64,000 nucleotides of DNA from Octopus sinensis (lineage: Eukaryota): positions 10,354,001 through 10,418,000 of the forward strand of contig NC_043026.1 of the NCBI RefSeq assembly GCF_006345805.1, given 5' to 3'. Position 1 is the stretch's first letter. The number at the start of each line of letters is the position of its first letter. Both the position numbers and the translations under genes were made by a program. Shown here piece after piece: positions 39,130 through 52,906 of this stretch. The notes beneath the pieces were generated by a model. The model was not told the origin of the DNA. It saw only the letters and a list, made by a program, of their open reading frames with translations, and made no database searches.

Positions 39130-39870
39130 ACAGCCTTTAATATAATAATGAAATTATTGTATACAGTGCTCAGGTGCACCACAACTTGTCAAAAGTGCAT
39201 AAAAAGTATATGCAGTAATGTACAGATGTCTGGGAAGTGAACAGTGTATGAGTCAGATACATACTTGCGTGTGTATGGAGGGGAGAAAATCAGGTGTAGT
39301 GTTGGCGAATCTCAGGAAGCATAGAAGTTTTGAAGGATGCAGTGCTCCGACAACTAACAACTGATGCCGGCAGTTTGTTCCATGCTTCAGCAACTCTTAG
39401 CATGGGAGCTGTGCTGTTTTCTGACTTTGTAAATATGTCCACGGGTGTTAGATGGGTGGAGTTTGAAAAGGTGCTCAGAGTTATTGTTTGTACGATGGTT
39501 GATAATTTCATGGGTGTCTGCCAAGTCAGCTGTCAGACGTCGGAGTTTCAATGTGTCCATGCCCAGGGAAGTAAGGCGTCCAGGATATGGCAAATGCCTG
39601 ATGGAGGGTATTCTTTTGGTTGCACGTCGCTGAACGGCTTCCAGACGATTGATATCCTGGGCAAGATAGGGGTTCCAGACCGGTGATGCAAATTCCAGGT
39701 GAGGTCTTACCATAGCTATATAAAGCCGCAGATAGATAGTCGGAGAGCGGCTCACAAAGGATTTGGTGAGTGATGCCAAGACACCCTCAGCCTTCTTGAC
39801 AATTTTAGCGATGTGTTTATGACTGGAAGGTGAAATTGAAGGAGAATGTGTGGTTACATGATCACATGGA
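39130..39870 (-). mobile_element. CR1/L2-group LINE 3' fragment
   Basis: VRPHLEFASPVWNPY..LEAVQRRATK and RVAEAWNKLP motifs. Confidence 0.9.
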
Positions 39871-40035
39871 TAGCTGTAAGACTTACAATCCTCATTGCAA
39901 ATCAAACAAGAATAAAAAAATGACGAAAAGTCAACTGAATTAGAAAAAAAAAAACTTTAATTTAATCCATGTGATATCACTTCTGACAACTAATACCATG
40001 ATAGTGCCGTTGGAGCGTATTCGAAAATACTTCTC

Positions 40036-41070
40036 AGCTAGAAATAGCAGCCGTATCTCGCACAGATTGTAGACATGTCCTCCATAGCTAGAAATAGCAG
40101 CCAAATCTCGCACAAATTATAGACGTCCTCCATAGCTAGAAATAGCAACCAAATCTCGCACAAATTATAGACATGTCCTCCATAGCTAGAAATAGCAGCC
40201 AAATCTCGCACAGATTGTAGATATGTCCTCCATAACTAGAAATAGCAGTCAAATCTCGCACAGATTGTAGACATGTCCTCCATAGCTAGAAATAGCAGCC
40301 AAATCTCGCACAAATTATAGACGTCCTCCATAGCTAGAAATAGCAGCCAAATCTCGCACAAATTATAGACACGTCCTCCATAGCTAGAAATAGCAGCCAA
40401 ATCTCGCACAGATTGTAGACATGTCCTCCATAGCTAGAAATAGCAGCCAAATCTCGCACAGATTGTAGACATGTCCTCCATAGCTAGAAATTGCAGCCAA
40501 ATCTCGCACAGATTGTAGATATGTCCTCCATAACTAGAAATAGCAGTCAAATCTCGCACAGATTGTAGACATGTCCTCCATAGCTAGAAATAGCAGCCAA
40601 ATCTCGCACAAATTATAGACACGTCCTCCATAGCTAGAAATAGCAGCCAAATCTCGCACAGATTGTAGACATGTCCTCCATAGCTAGAAATAGCAGCCAA
40701 ATCTCGCACAGATTGTAGACATGTCCTCCATAGCTAGAAATAGCAGCCAAATCTCGCACAGATTGTAGATATGTCCTCCATAACTAGAAATAGCAGTCAA
40801 ATCTCGCACAGATTGTAGACATGTCCTCCATAGCTAGAAATAGCAGCCAAATCTCGCACAAATTATAGACATGTCCTCCATAGCTAGAAATAGAAGCCAA
40901 ATCTCGCACAAATTATAGACGTCCTCCATAGCTAGAAATAGCAGCCAAATCTCGCACAAATTATAGACATGTCCTCCATAGCTACAAATAGCAGCCAAAT
41001 CTCAAACAGATCATAGACATCTTTCATCCATAGCTAGAGGTAACAGCTAAATCTCGTACAAACCATAGAC
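40036..41070. repeat. 50-bp minisatellite, about 20 units
   Basis: Unit tagctagaaatagcagccaaatctcgcacagattgtagacatgtcctcca. Confidence 0.95.
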
Positions 41071-41094
41071 GTCTCACGTTCCTAAAACACAGAA

Positions 41095-41370
41095 GAGAAA
41101 CAAAGAATCGTCGCGCCAAAAACCGAAACGTCTACAGAATTAAAAGCATGGAAGATCTTCATTGTTTAATACTTACGGAAATGCTTCATAAAGGATAGCG
41201 TTGCTATATATATTTATATATACGTGTATCTGGTACTTGAGAAATAAATTATGAATACGTTTTGTAAGTATTATAAATGTATAAAAATCAGCTGATTTAA
41301 AGAAATTGATGCCCTGGAGACAACCAGGTATCAATATAAAGCAGAAAGTATTTTCAATGCGCATGCGTAT
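41095..41370 (-). promoter_or_regulatory. Putative promoter/first exon serving ZNF4 (and ZNF5)
   Basis: TGCGCATGCG at 41358-41367; donor GTAAGTAT at 41176. Confidence 0.6.
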
Positions 41371-41469
41371 CTCTTCCTTAACAGCTAGGTCTAATTATCT
41401 CCCTTGCTGGTAGGTCCGTGCTTGTTCATCTGACATGGATTGACCATAGGTCACCAGGCCCTTCCAATT

Positions 41470-42010
41470 AATATAATATAATAATATAATAATAATAATT
41501 GTGTACAGTGCTCAGGTGCACTACAGCTCATCTAAAGTGTATGTATAATCAGGTGTAGTTTCGGCGGATTTCGGGAAGCATGAGGGCCTTAAAGGATGCA
41601 GTGTCATGGCAGTCAACAACTGACGCAGGCAGTTTATTCCATGCTTCAGCAACTCTGAGCGTGAAAAAATGTTTCCGAAAGTCATGGGAGCTGTATTGTT
41701 TTCTGACTTTGTAGGCATGTCCACGTGTGTTAGACACATGGAGATCAAAAAGGTGTTCAGTGTTGTTGTTGGTGAGGTGGTTGATAACTTTGTGGGTGTT
41801 TACCAAGTCCATCGCCAGACACTGGAGCTTCAGTGAATCCATGCCCAGGGAAACAAGGCGCTCAGAGTATGGTAGGTGTCTGATGGAGGGTATGCGTTTG
41901 GTTGCACGTCTCTGGACAGATTCCAGGAGGTCAATGTTCTGAGCAAGATAGGGGTTCCAAACTGATGATGCGAATTCCAAGTGTGGTCGTACCATGCGAC
42001 CATTCTTTGC
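41470..42010 (-). mobile_element. CR1/L2-group LINE 3' fragment with (ATT)-rich tail
   Basis: 154-aa ORF of the same family as 39130-39870. Confidence 0.9.
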
Positions 42011-42121
42011 CATCTTGGGCCAAATATTTTAGCTCAGTCGTGATATCTGTATTGTATCATTCTCTGATACAATAATATCTCAACCAGAAACGTTCCATCC
42101 ATATTTTTTTTTTTTTTTTTT

Positions 42122-44838
42122 GCTTTTACTTGTTTCAGTCATTTGACTGCGGCCATGCTGGAGCACCACCGCCTTTATCGAGCAAATCGACCCCGAGACT
42201 AATCTTATCGGTCTCTTTTGCGGAGACGCTAAGTGACGGGGACGTAAACACACCAGCATCGGTTGTCAAGCGATGTTGGTGGTGGTGGTGGGGGGGGGGC
42301 AAACACAGTGGTGTTTACAGTTTAAGTGATTTTCTTGACACCAACCTCTTGCCTGCCGCTTATAGCAAGCAGAAATACGGGTATTTTTGTCAAAATTCCT
42401 TCTTTACGACAGAAAAAAAAATAGTCAAAATTATAATATATATATAGATATATCGATCATTCGGTACTAGTAACTTAGCTGTCACTTATAAACCCACGTG
42501 GGTTTATTTACATTTCTGAAGTAAAAAGAAACCCTTCCCCCCACATATATAAAAAAACATTTACAGAAAGTGACGATCTTCTTCAAATGTAAACAAATAC
42601 ACGTGACGTAAACGGGATTCATATCGTAAGAATGCCATATATAGTGGCTGTGTGGTAAGTAGCTTGCTTACCAACCACATGGTACCGGGTTCAGTCCCAC
42701 TGCGTGGCATCTTGGGCTAGTGTCTTCTGCTATAGCCCCGGGCCGATCAATGCCTTGTGAGTGGATTTGGTAGACGGAAACTGAAAGAAGCCTGTCGTAT
42801 ATATACTCTTTACTTGTTTCAGTCATTTCACTGCGGCCATGCTGGAGCACCGCCTTTAATCGAGCAACTCGACCCTGGGACTTAATCTTTTGTAAGCCCA
42901 GTGCTTATTCTATGGGTCTCTTTTGCTGAACCGCTAAGTGACGGGGACGTAAACACACCAGCATCGGTTGTCAAGCAATGCTAAGGGGACAAACACACAC
43001 ACATACATATATATATATACGACGAGCTTCTTTCAGTTTCCGTCTACCAAATCCACTCACAAGGCTTTGGTCGGCCCGAGGCTATAGTAGAAGACACTTG
43101 CCCGAGGTGCCACGCAGTGGGACTGAACCTGGAACCGTGTGGTTGGTAAACAAGCTACTTACCACACAGCCACTCCTGCGCCTATGTATATATATATATG
43201 TATGTGTGTGTGTTTGTCCCCCTAGCATTGCTTGACAACCGATGCTGGTGTGTTTACGTCCCCGTCACCTTGCGGTTCGGCAAAAGAGACCGATAGAATA
43301 AGTACTGGGCTTACAAAGAATAAGTCCTGGGGTCAAGTTGCTCGATTAAAGGCGGTGCTCCAGCATGGCCGCAGTCAAATGACTGAAACAAATAAAAGAG
43401 TATATATATATATATATATATATAAAACAATTGCGGTGTGGAACGTAATATTTATAAGCCATTTAAGAAACACACAAAAACCGTTAGATTCATTTCCACA
43501 TTTAAATATTTTGGCAAATTAAATTTAAATGTTGAAGTGAATCGAACGGTTTTTGTGTGTTTCTTAAATGGCTTAGAAACACCTTCCACGCTGCAATTGT
43601 TCTCGTTCCAGCACACGATCTCAGATCAGGCCACTTGCTATGCAAGTACATCTCCATAAATATATATAATATATACTGTAGAAACACTGCCAGATCAGAC
43701 TGGGCCTGATGCAGCCTTCTGGCTTCACAGACCCCAGTTGAACCGTCCAACCCATGCTAGCATGGAAAACGGACGCTAAATGATGATGATGATGATGATG
43801 ATGATTGTCTGATCAATAAATATCCGAACTGTTGCCATAGTAACAAAGATAAAGCAGGCAGAGTGAAGCCACTTGGCACATGTTGACCATGAACTCTGCT
43901 GTCCCATGTACACCAAGCTTTAATGTTCAAACTCTCTTCCACTTTTATAGAACTTAGAAAATCTGAGGGACTGCTGCAATAAATATGTTGAATAAAATCA
44001 TAATTAACTGATCCTACTGTATTTTCTTTTAACCAAAATCACGAACCTTTTAGGACCCCTTTGTACTTATACTCTTACTCTTTACCCTTTTACTTGTTTC
44101 AGTCATTTGACTGCGGCCTTGCTGGAGCACCGCCTTTAATCGAGCAACTCGACCCCGGGACTTATTCTTTTGTAAGCCCAGTACTTATTGTATCGGTCTC
44201 TTTTTGCCGAACTGCTAAGTGACGGGGACGTAAACACACCAGCATCGGTTGTCAAGCAATGCTAGGGGGACAAACACAGACACACAAACATATATATATA
44301 TATACATATATACGACAGGCTTCTTTCAGTTTCCGTCTACCAAATCCACTCACAAGGCATTGGTCGGCCCAGGGCTATAGCAGAAGACACTTGCCCAAGA
44401 TGCCACGCAGTGGGACTGAACCCGGAACCATGTGGTTTGTTAGCAAGCTACTTACCACACAGCCACTCCTGCGCCTATATATATATATATATACATCAAT
44501 ACATGTGCATACATATGTGTATGAATGTGTGCATGTGTACATGTTTGTTTGCATTTCTAGGATTGGAGAAATCTGTAAAATATGTTATTCTTTACTTGGC
44601 AAAGGAAACAAAAATATTCTGAAAAAAAAAAATAAAAGTTTAGTATTTGATTTGTTATAGATATATAGGCGCAGGAGTGGCTGTGTGGTAAGTAGCTTGC
44701 TAACCAACCACATGGTTCCGGGTTCAGTCCCACTGCGTGGCATCTTGGGCAAGTGTCTTCTGCTATAGCCCCGGGCTGACCAATGCCTTGTGAGTGGATT
44801 TAGTAGACGGAAACTGAAAGAAGCCTGTCGTATATATG

Positions 44839-44886
<48 letters not shown>

Positions 44887-45082
44887 TTTGTCCCCCTAGC
44901 ATTGCTTGACAACTGATGCTGGTGTGTTTACGTCCCTGTCACTTAGCGGTTCGGCAAAAGGAGACCGATAGAATAAGTACTGGGCTTACAAAGAATAAGT
45001 CCTGGGGTTGATTTGCTCGACTAAAGGCGGTGCTCCAGCATGACCGCAGTCAAATGACTGAAACGAGTAAAAGAGAGAGAGT
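42122..45082. mobile_element. Cluster of SINE-A copies in alternating orientation plus an RTE tail
   Basis: Approximate positions: 42122-42290 (-), 42643-42800 (+), 42806-43195 (-), 43200-43402 (+), RTE tail 43678-43805 (+), 44075-44480 (-), 44664-45082 (+). Confidence 0.85.
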
Positions 45083-45301
45083 ATATATTGACAAGTGTGT
45101 GTTTGTGAAAGTGATAAGTTAAATGCAATTTACAATGAAAAGGTGCAATTTTATTTTGATTAAAATACCAACAACTTCAGAGCAAAATTTTTTATTGCAG
45201 TTTGCCTGCATTAAGCATTAGGCTGTTACTCCCCCTCCATTCATTGTTTAACTCTTCTTTAAATAGCATCACCAACATGACATGTGTTGCATTTTATTAT
45301 A

Positions 45302-45963
45302 TATGGAGGCGCAATGGCCCAGTGGTTAGGGCAGCGGACTCGCGGTTTCGATTCCCAGACCGGGCATTGTGAGTGTTTATTGAGCGAAAACACCTAAAGC
45401 TTCACAAGGCTCCTGCAGAGGGTGGTGGTGATCCCTGCTGTACTCTTTCACCACAACTTTCTCTCACTCTTACTTCCTGTTTCTGTTGTACCTGTATTTC
45501 AAGGGGCCGGCCTTGTCACTCTCTGTGTCACGCTGAATATCCCCGAGAACTACACTAAGGGTGCACGTGTCTGTGGAGTGCTCAGCCACTTGCACGTTAA
45601 TTCCACGAGCAAGCTGTTCCGTTGATCGTATCAGCTAGGACCCTCATCGTCGTAACCGACGGAGTGCTCCTTTATTATATATGTCATCATCATCACGTGA
45701 CCGACCAGTCCATCAGATGTAGTTACACATCGCTGGTCACAATGCGTTCGCATTGATTTAGCCTTCGAATGACGCCACCCCGCTGGCTAAGCGAGCAGGC
45801 CAACAGAAGAAAGAGTGGTGAAAGAGTACAGCAGGGATCACCACCCCCTGCCGGAGCCTCGTGGAGCTTTTAGGTGTTTTCGCTCAATAAACACTCACAA
45901 CGCCCGGTCTGGGAATCGAAACCGTGAGTCTGCTGCCCTAACCACTAGGCCATTGCGCCTCCA
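45302..45963. mobile_element. Two SINE-C copies in inverted (tail-to-tail) orientation
   Basis: 45302-45690 (+) and 45760-45963 (-). Confidence 0.8.
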
Positions 45964-46173
45964 TATTATATATGTAAGATACTCTTATATAAGATATTGC
46001 TGTCATGGACAAAATTATGACACCAATACAATTACTGACTTGTAAGGATACATTACAGGTGTAATCAATGGTCTTTTGAGGGAATGATTTATCATAGTGA
46101 TACAGCTTCTCCCTTGTATGAATATACTTATGTATAGTTCAGTTATCATTTTGAGAGAATGATTTATTATCGG

Positions 46174-46562
46174 CTAGCAGTATCGCCCGGCGTTGCTCGG
46201 GTTTGTAAGGTAAATAACTATATAAGCATTTTTAGAGAGTTATAGCCAAAAAATGCATTAAAAATGGAAAACAAATGATGGTAAATTTTTTTTTAAATCA
46301 TTGACTCATCGTCGACATTTTTAGAGAGTTACTTCCCTTATATAATAGCGAAAAAATGCATTAAAATGGAAAAAAATGATGGTAAATTTTTTTTAAATCG
46401 TAGACTCATCGTAGACGTGCGCTAATACCCAGAAGGGCTCGATATGAATCACGACTATAAGATACCCGGTTTTGGTTAAACTGCACCGCAAAATGTGGGA
46501 GTAGTTAGGAATCTAAATCGTAGGAGACAGACAGCACACAACCTCTCTTTTATATATAAAGA
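46174..46562 (-). mobile_element. Non-autonomous Helitron, same family as 35124-35631
   Basis: TC and CTAG termini on the - strand, same hairpin, different interior. Confidence 0.85.
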
Positions 46563-46744
46563 TTTCTCTCCTCTAGGAATGGATTTGCATTTAGTTAACT
46601 GATTGTTTCGAGTGAATAATTTCCAACAAGTGTGACAATATGGCTCCTCTTCTGTATGAATGCATTTATGTGTATTTAAGCTAAAGAGAATGGGACATCA
46701 CAGTGGTAAAGTTCCTCACCTCCATTTGTAATTGAGTGATAATT

Positions 46745-47232
46745 TCGAGGTGCAGGAGTGGCTGTGTGGTAAGTAGCTTGCTTACCAACCACATGGTTCC
46801 GGGTTCAGTCCCACTGCGTGGCATCTTGGGCAAGTGTCTTCTACTAAAACCTCAGGTCGACCAAAGCCTTGTGAGTGGATTTGGTAGATGGAAACTGAAA
46901 GAAGCATGTCGTATATATATATATATATATTCGTGTGTTTGTGTGTCTGTGTTTATCTCCCTAGCATTGCTTGACAACCGATGCTGGTGTGTTTATATAT
47001 GTATATATATGCGTGTGTGTGTATATGTTTGTGTCTGTGTTTGTCCCTCTAGCATTGCTTGACAGCCGATGCTGGTGTGTTTACGTCCCCGTCACTTAGC
47101 GGTTCGACAAAAGAGACCGATAGAATAAGTACTGGGCTTACAAAGAATAAGTCCGGGGGTCGATTTGCTCGATTAAAGGCAATGCTCCAGCATGGCTGCA
47201 GTCAAATGACTGAAACGAGTAAAAGAGCAAAG
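46745..47232 (+). mobile_element. SINE family A with internal duplication
   Basis: Full head and tail; the middle gcattgcttgac block is duplicated. Confidence 0.85.
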
Positions 47233-47257
47233 AGTAATGATTTACCAGAGAGGTCAT

Positions 47258-48697
47258 TTATGGTTTCTCTCCTGTATGAATGCGTTGGTGTTTTGTTAAG
47301 TGACCACTTTGAGAATATGATTCACCACAGATATTACAGTGATACGGCTTCTCTCCAGTATGAATACGCTTGTGTGTAGCTAAGTTACTTCTTACAGAGA
47401 ATGATTTGCCACAAATATCACAACGATATGGTTTCTCTCCTGTATGAATACGTTTGTGGTCAGTTAACACACAGCTGAGTGAAAATGACCTACCACAGAT
47501 ATTACAGCGATGTGGCTTCTCTCCTGTGTGAACAAGTTTGTGTGTAGCTAAGCCATTACTTTGAGAGAATGAGTTACCACAGATATCACAGTGATATGGT
47601 CTCTCTCCTGTATGGGTACGTTTGTGTTTGGCTAACTGATGGCTTAGAGAGAATGACTTGCCACAGATATCACAGTGACACGGCTTCTCTCCTGTATGAA
47701 CGCGTTTGTGTATAGATAAGCAATCATTTCGAGAGAATGATTTACCACAGACATTGCAGTGAAATAGCTTCTCTTCTCTGTGAGACTGTTTGTGTGAAGT
47801 CAAGGCACTACTCTGAGAGAATGATTTACTGCAGATGTCACAGTGATATGGTTTCTCTCCTGTATGAATGTACATATGTAATTTCAGATAATCTTTCCGA
47901 GAGAATGATTTGCCACAGATATTGCACCGATATGGCTTCTCACCTGTATGAGTACGTTTGTGTCTGGTTAACTGATGGCTTAGAGAGAATGATCTACCAC
48001 AGATATCACAGTGATTTGGCTTTTCCCCTGTGTGAGTATATTTGTGATTATTAAAAGCACTTACGTCGGAGAATGATTTACCACAGATACCACAGTGATA
48101 TGGCTTCTCTCCTGTATGAATACGTTTGTGTCTGGTTAACTGAGTGTTTAGAGCGAATGATTTACCACAGATATCACAACGATGTGATTTCTCTCCTGTA
48201 TGAGTCAGTATATGTGTAGTCAAAGTATTTTTCCGAGAGAATGATTTGCCACAGGTAACACATTGAAATGGCTTCTCACCTGTATGAATATGTTTGTGTC
48301 TGGTTAACTGATTCCTTCGAGAGAAGGATTTACTACAGACATTGCACTGATATGGCTTCTCACCTGTGTGAGTGTATTTGTGATTATCAAAATTACTTCT
48401 TTCGGAGAATGATTTACTGCATTGATTTGGCTCCTCTCTCGTATGAATGCGTTTGTGCTTAGTCAAGTCACTTCTTCGAGTGAACGATTTACCACAGATG
48501 TTACAGTCAAATGGTTTCTCTCTTGTATGAGTACGTTTGTGTGCAGCAAGTTTACTTTTTCGAGAGAATGACATTTTACATACATCACAACAATATGACT
48601 TTTCCTCTCCATCATTCGGCATCTCATCAAGAGAATCATTATTTTCAAACTCTGATTTACATTTAACATTGCCTTCACACAATTCCTTTTCCATCAT
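47258..48697 (-). CDS. ZNF6: C2H2 zinc-finger protein, short acidic N-terminus plus 16 fingers (finger 3 lacks one Cys)
   Basis: 479-aa ORF; acceptor-like tttcag ending at 49015. Confidence 0.9.
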   Translation of the reverse strand: MMEKELCEGNVKCKSEFENNDSLDEMPNDGEEKSYCCDVCKMSFSRKSKLAAHKRTHTREKPFDCNICGKSFTRRSDLTKHKRIHTREEPNQCSKSFSERSNFDNHKYTHTGEKPYQCNVCSKSFSRRNQLTRHKHIHTGEKPFQCVTCGKSFSRKNTLTTHILTHTGEKSHRCDICGKSFALNTQLTRHKRIHTGEKPYHCGICGKSFSDVSAFNNHKYTHTGEKPNHCDICGRSFSLSHQLTRHKRTHTGEKPYRCNICGKSFSRKDYLKLHMYIHTGEKPYHCDICSKSFSQSSALTSHKQSHREEKLFHCNVCGKSFSRNDCLSIHKRVHTGEKPCHCDICGKSFSLSHQLAKHKRTHTGERPYHCDICGNSFSQSNGLATHKLVHTGEKPHRCNICGRSFSLSCVLTDHKRIHTGEKPYRCDICGKSFSVRSNLATHKRIHTGEKPYHCNICGESYSQSGHLTKHQRIHTGEKP

Positions 48698-49160
48698 TTT
48701 CCTTCCCTTACCACAATATTCAAATGTTTTTTCTTTTCCTGAACTAATCTTTTTTTTACTCCTAACAAATATTTATTCTCTTATATTTCCATTAATTTTT
48801 CACTCAGTCAATATCTGAAGATGCCTCAAACTCCTTTGGAATCCAAGTTTAATTACAATACCATCATCTTCAACATATTCCAGACAGTGAAGTTCACATA
48901 TTCCGAGTTATATCTGTGCCCTGGGACTTTTCCCTTTAATCTTTCAAAGATTGCAAATGTTGATTCTGAGCAATGAAGTACAAGTATTCTTTACTGCCAA
49001 TGTCTTCTGCTTATCTGAAATATAACAGAAACTGTGTCAACTGGAGAGGTTACATAGAAATTTCAGATTCAACAGTAGGGAGTTTAAAATATTACTGCAA
49101 TGATAAATTGAAATTTCCTTCACAATCTCGAATTCTAATGAAACTGGAAGTAAAATTTAA

Positions 49161-49846
49161 CCCTTTCGTTACTATATTTATTTTGAGATGCTCTGTGTTC
49201 CTTTCAATTATTTTAAATATAACAAAGAATTTAATAAAATAACTTAGTTTACCATTAAACAAGTGTTAGGAACATAAATTGTGACTAAGGTTTGGTGGTA
49301 TATTTTAATGCAAAACTTATGAAAACAAGACATTTGTACTACAGAGACAGAAGTGGTTTCAACCAGGTTGGTACCAAAAAGGGTTAAGAATTGTTTCTCT
49401 ATTGTATATTTCAACCCTTTTGTTACCATATTTCTGTTGAGATGCTCTGTGCTTTTTTCAATTAATTGTAAATATAACAAAGAATTTAGTAAAATAACTT
49501 GGTTATCGTTAAGCTAGCGATTGGAACATAAACTGTGACTAAGGTTTGGAGGAAGATTTTAATTCAAAACTTATGGAAACAAGACATTTGTACTACAGAG
49601 CCAGAGCCGGCTTTGGCCGGGTTGGTAACGAAAGGGTTAAACCGGCCATATCCGGCCAGAAGTATTCTGCCAGTTTTATGTTCAAACTGGCCAGATCTGG
49701 TCTCTCACACCAATCCTACAATATCATTTTAAAAATTAACAGCTACCTCATCAGAATCTCATAGCTACAAGATAATGCATGATTAGTTCAAAACAATGTG
49801 GATGAAAAAGCATTAATTTTGGCAGAATAATGCGAACACTAAACGG
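49161..49846. mobile_element. Three adjacent piggyBac-type MITEs
   Basis: 49161-49383, 49415-49636 and 49641-49846 (one end missing); CCCT..AGGG termini with TTAA junctions. Confidence 0.8.
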
Positions 49847-49937
49847 TTAAGTGATGCCAAAGAAGCAAATGTCCTGAAGTTCTGTTTATACATTGCTGGA
49901 AGGTTAGATAATGTATGATTTCTGAAAATTGTATTAT

Positions 49938-50415
49938 AGTTGCAGGCATAGCTGTGTGGTAAAAAGATTGCATCCCAACTTCTTTGTTCTGGGTTCAGTC
50001 CCACTGCGTGGCACCTTGGGCAAGTGTCTTCTGCTATAGCCTCGGGCCGACCAAAGCCTTGTGAGTGGATTTGGTAGACGGAAACTGAAAGAAGCCCGTC
50101 ATATATATGTATATGTATGTGTGTCTGTGTTTGTCTCCCTAGCATTGCTTGACAACCAATGCTGGTGTGTTTACGTCCCCGTCACTTAGCGGTTCGGCAA
50201 AAGGAGACCGATAGAATGGGCTTACAAAAATAAGTCCCGGTGTTGATTTGCTCGACGAAAGGCGGTGCTCCAGCATGGCCGCAGTCAAATGACTGAAACA
50301 AGTAAAAGAGTAAAGAGTATAGTTGCAGGCATAGCTGTGTGGTAAGAAGATTGCTTCACAACTTCTTTGTTCTGGGTTCAGTTCCACTACAGGGCACCTT
50401 GGGCAAGTGTCTTTA
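49938..50415 (+). mobile_element. SINE-A variant followed by a second head fragment
   Basis: Head gttgcaggcatagctgtgtgg repeated at 49938 and 50321. Confidence 0.8.
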
Positions 50416-51100
50416 ATGAGGAGTTGAGCATGAGTCTAATTTTCTTGTTTGTGTTGTGTTGAGCGAACATTATAATATAAACTTGCATCATGTTTTTTTT
50501 TCCTTCTTGAAGACAGAAATTTCATTTTTTTTTTTTTTGCCAGGAAGATTTGGTTGCTCTTTCTAGCAACTCGAGCGACAAGCTAAAAGCTCCCTCGTTC
50601 ACTACGTCACCTGTTGTTTAGTCCTGAGTTGGATCTGATTGAACAGATATGATCAAAGACGTCCCAACTGTGACCATTCCATCTTTCTTCCCAGACATAA
50701 TGGACTCTACATGTATGTCACAGGATAGAAGTTTTTTTCTAGCAGGTCATGCAACCACATACAGGCTCCAGTGTTGTTAATTAGCCTTAAATAAACCCTG
50801 ATACAGCAAACCTATCATCAAAGACATTCCAGCCTTCAGCAAACAGGTTTTTTACGGACAATCTAGGACATTATGTACAATAGGATACTTTGGCTGCTAT
50901 TTTTAGCGTGTCGAACGACCAGGTAAAGGCTCTTTCATTGGTTCGATTGCGTGATGAGATTTTTTTCCACATATATATGTATGTATATATATATCATGGA
51001 CAGAAGTTAAAGAGTAAGTCAAAAGCTGAGAGTTTCGTGTATTGGCACTCATGAAACACGAATTTGGCCATTGTCACTCTGTAACTTCTACCTATCATTA

Positions 51101-51135
51101 ATGTGTGTGTGTGTGTGTGTAGGTAGGTAGGTAGA

Positions 51136-51167
<32 letters not shown>

Positions 51168-51175
51168 TAGATAGA

Positions 51176-51236
<61 letters not shown>

Positions 51237-51605
51237 CGGACAGAGTGGAAGTGCAATGGCCCAGTGGTTAGGGCAGCGGACTCGCGGTCATATGATCGCG
51301 GTTTCGATTCCCAGACCGGGCGTTGTGAGTGTTTATTGAGCGAAAACACCTAAAGCTCCGGCAGGGATAGTGGTGATCCCTGCTGTACTCTTGTCACGCT
51401 GAATATCCCCGAGAACTACGTTAAGGGTACACGTGTCTGTGGAGTGCTCAGCCACTTACACATTAATTTCACGAGCAGGCTGTTCCATTGATTCGGATCA
51501 ACCGGAACCCTCGTCGTCGTAACCGACGGAGTGCTTCCTAGACAGATAGAGAGATTAGATAGATAGATAGATTAGATAGACAGACAGACAGATAGATAGA
51601 CAGAC
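51101..51605. repeat. (GT)n/(GATA)n microsatellite interrupted by SINE-C (51245-51535)
   Basis: GATA/GACA runs flank the SINE on both sides. Confidence 0.9.
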
Positions 51606-51883
51606 ATATTCTCATAGATGTTGCTGTTGTTGAACTCATCGCTTTGTCGATGAACCCGGAAGTTGTTCGCAAATAGCAGCAGTAATTTTCTTCAGCTGAA
51701 TACACGTCACTGATTGGTTAAAATTACCCAAATACGATAACTGTAACACGAAAAAAAACTTCTAAAATACAAAATTTGGTCAAAAACGTTAAGAGCAAAC
51801 CCTGTTCTGCGTGACAAACTCTACCAGTAACCGAAGTTTCAAAATGTTCAGTTTAAAAGAAAATATTAATTTTAAAAATCTGT

Positions 51884-52045
51884 GCAGGAGTGGCTGTGTG
51901 GTAAGTAGCTTGCTAACCAACCACATGGTTCCGGGTTCAGTCCCACTGCGTGGCATCTTGGGCAAGTGTCTTCTGCTATAGCCTCGGGCCGACCAATGCC
52001 TTGTGAGTGGATTTGGTAGACGGAAACTGAAAGAAGCCTGTCGTA

Positions 52046-52102
<57 letters not shown>

Positions 52103-52312
52103 ATATGTGTTTGTCCCCCTAGCATTGCTTGACAACCGATGCTGGTCTGTTTACGTCCCTGTTACTTAGCGGTTCGGCAAAACAGACCGATAGAAGAAGT
52201 ACTGGGCTTACAAAGAATAAGTCCCGGGGTCGATTTGCTCGACTAAAGGCGGTGCTCCAGCATGGCCGCAGTCAAGTGACTGAAACAAGTAAAAGAGTAA
52301 AAGAGAGAGAGA
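51884..52312 (+). mobile_element. SINE family A (full)
   Basis: Homology to 5704-6108. Confidence 0.85.
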
Positions 52313-52477
52313 GTATGAGATGGAACAGATCCGTTTCCGACAGCTTACAAGGTCAACAAAGACGATTGCCCCAAGAGATAGCGCAGGAAAAAAAAAAATT
52401 TGTACCGAAATCGAAGCTGGTATGAAATTAAAAATTTACTGAAATAACTTCTGACCGCTGACACCAAGGGCTTGTAA

Positions 52478-52906
52478 GGCAATCTTTCGTCTCTAGTAGA
52501 CCTTTCCGTCGATTTCCGTAAAAATTAAAAAAATTTTTTACATATGGGCTTGCGGGAACTTTTGAAGTAATGAGAGCGAAAGAGACTAAGAGAAAGCCAT
52601 TTTATGACGAGGGAAGTTCTTTTGAAGTTACCGTGCATGGGAGCATTGATGGACATGTGTGTGTGCGTGCGTGTGTTTGATGGGGTGTGGGAGACAGACA
52701 GTATGTTGTGTAAGTGAAGTGCTTCTGTTAGTGTGTGTGAAGAGACAGAGTAATGTGTGAAAGAAAGAGATAACTGAAATTTTTTACTCGGTGTATGTGT
52801 ATATATATTGTTTATTACTTCAAAAGTTCCCGCAAGCCCATATGTAAAAAATATATATTTTTTTACGGAAATCGACGGAAAGGTCTACTAGAGACGAAAG
52901 ATCGCC
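52478..52906. mobile_element. MITE, GGCGATC family
   Basis: About 100-bp TIRs; flanked by a 73-bp direct repeat. Confidence 0.9.

Larger units (their letters stand above)
46080..47257 (-). pseudogene. Decayed zinc-finger relics downstream of the ZNF6 stop, split by TE insertions
   Basis: ZF-like codon strings at 46080-46170, 46630-46740 and 47232-47257 (gagagaatgattta, ctcctgtatgaat). Confidence 0.65.

Noticed and set aside
42978-45625. Recurrent short ORFs such as MTTDAGVF.., MLGGQ..SFRLPNPLTR and MDGSTGVCEA..
   Set aside because: Translations of SINE-A and RTE-tail copies, repeated wherever those elements occur.
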